From a virus (taxonomy: Duplodnaviria > Caudoviricetes), in the IMG/VR virus record IMGVR_UViG_3300032212_000096, positions 1-35,037 of that record: DNA of 35,037 bases. One strand, 5' to 3'. Below the pieces are notes generated by a model that saw only the letters and a program-made list of their open reading frames with translations, was not told the origin of the DNA and did no database searches. The position numbers and the translations under genes are program-made. This document shows positions 34,559 to 35,037 of this stretch, piece after piece. Each line of letters starts with the position of its first letter. The stretch's first letter is position 1.

Positions 34559-35037
34559 CTCCCTGTAAATGAAATACTTACAATATTAGATGCAGCTGTT
34601 GATGAACTATAGAATGTTACTGCTGATGTAGTTCCCTTAACCATAGTATTATAATCTACTAATGAGTTAGGGTTTATAACATGACTACATATAGCGTTAT
34701 TTATAAGAACTATTGGCATAGTCTTTGCTATTGGTACTCCAGATGAATACCCACTTATATCTGTAACCCTTCCAAAAACATCACCATTTGGATATTTTGT
34801 ATATTCTCCATTATCGGTACTCGTTACAATAGAACCATCTGGATATAATAGGGAAGATGGATTAGCTCCTACTGCATCTAGGTCTGTATGCACTACACCA
34901 GCCCAATTTTGCCCTTCTGCTTGAACAGTTGGTGTAGTTAGTACTCTTTTTGAATCTATTTCTGCTTTAGTGTAAGCTTCTACTAATTCAAACCCTGTCT
35001 CGCCTATATTTGCCCTTAAGTGTTTTAGTGCATCTCC
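34549..35037 (-). CDS. Tail fibre, C-terminal part (continues from 793 across the origin)
   Basis: In frame with 1..793; NGEYTKYPNG...GRWK receptor-binding-type tip. Confidence 0.8.
   Translation of the reverse strand, partial: GDALKHLRANIGETGFELVEAYTKAEIDSKRVLTTPTVQAEGQNWAGVVHTDLDAVGANPSSLLYPDGSIVTSTDNGEYTKYPNGDVFGRVTDISGYSSGVPIAKTMPIVLINNAICSHVINPNSLVDYNTMVKGTTSAVTFYSSSTAASNIVSISFTGRWK
34911..35037. repeat. Terminal direct repeat (right copy)
   Basis: Identical to bases 1-127. Confidence 0.95.

Noticed and set aside
34549-34910. Diversity-generating retroelement or invertible tail-fibre tip
   Set aside because: I saw no reverse transcriptase, invertase or second copy of the tip region.

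Overview
The window is an apparently complete, circularly assembled AT-rich phage genome of about 34,910 bp: bases 1-127 are repeated exactly at 34911-35037, and the tail-fibre ORF reads in frame across the join. Most genes are on the minus strand. The virion module is T7-like/podoviral: terminases, portal, scaffold, major capsid, tail tubes A and B, internal virion proteins, tail fibre. The early module is lambdoid-style: ERF, NinB-like, SSB, Ref-like nuclease, and a replisome organiser with internal iterons. There is a lysis cassette (endolysin, two-component spanin). I found no RNA polymerase, DNA polymerase, helicase, integrase or DNA methyltransferase. The SSB sequence and the TGnTATAAT promoters suggest a Campylobacterota host (inference). 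The main unexplained signal is a probable RNA-based regulatory circuit. A ~96-nt cloverleaf RNA (27359->27264) lies behind its own promoter and displays an anti-Shine-Dalgarno loop. That loop is complementary to four ribosome-binding sites spread around the genome, each folded into a hairpin with an RUAGGA loop. Next to it is a kissing-loop leader that precedes an ibrB - unknown gene - ibrA (ParB/PAPS-reductase) - replication-initiator operon. Other points of interest are a second PAPS-reductase-like gene, an HNH nuclease with a signal peptide, an HNH domain inserted in the initiator, a DUF6948 + Gly-repeat cassette, and several small ORFs missed by the ORF track. All family calls come from motif recognition by eye, not from database searches.
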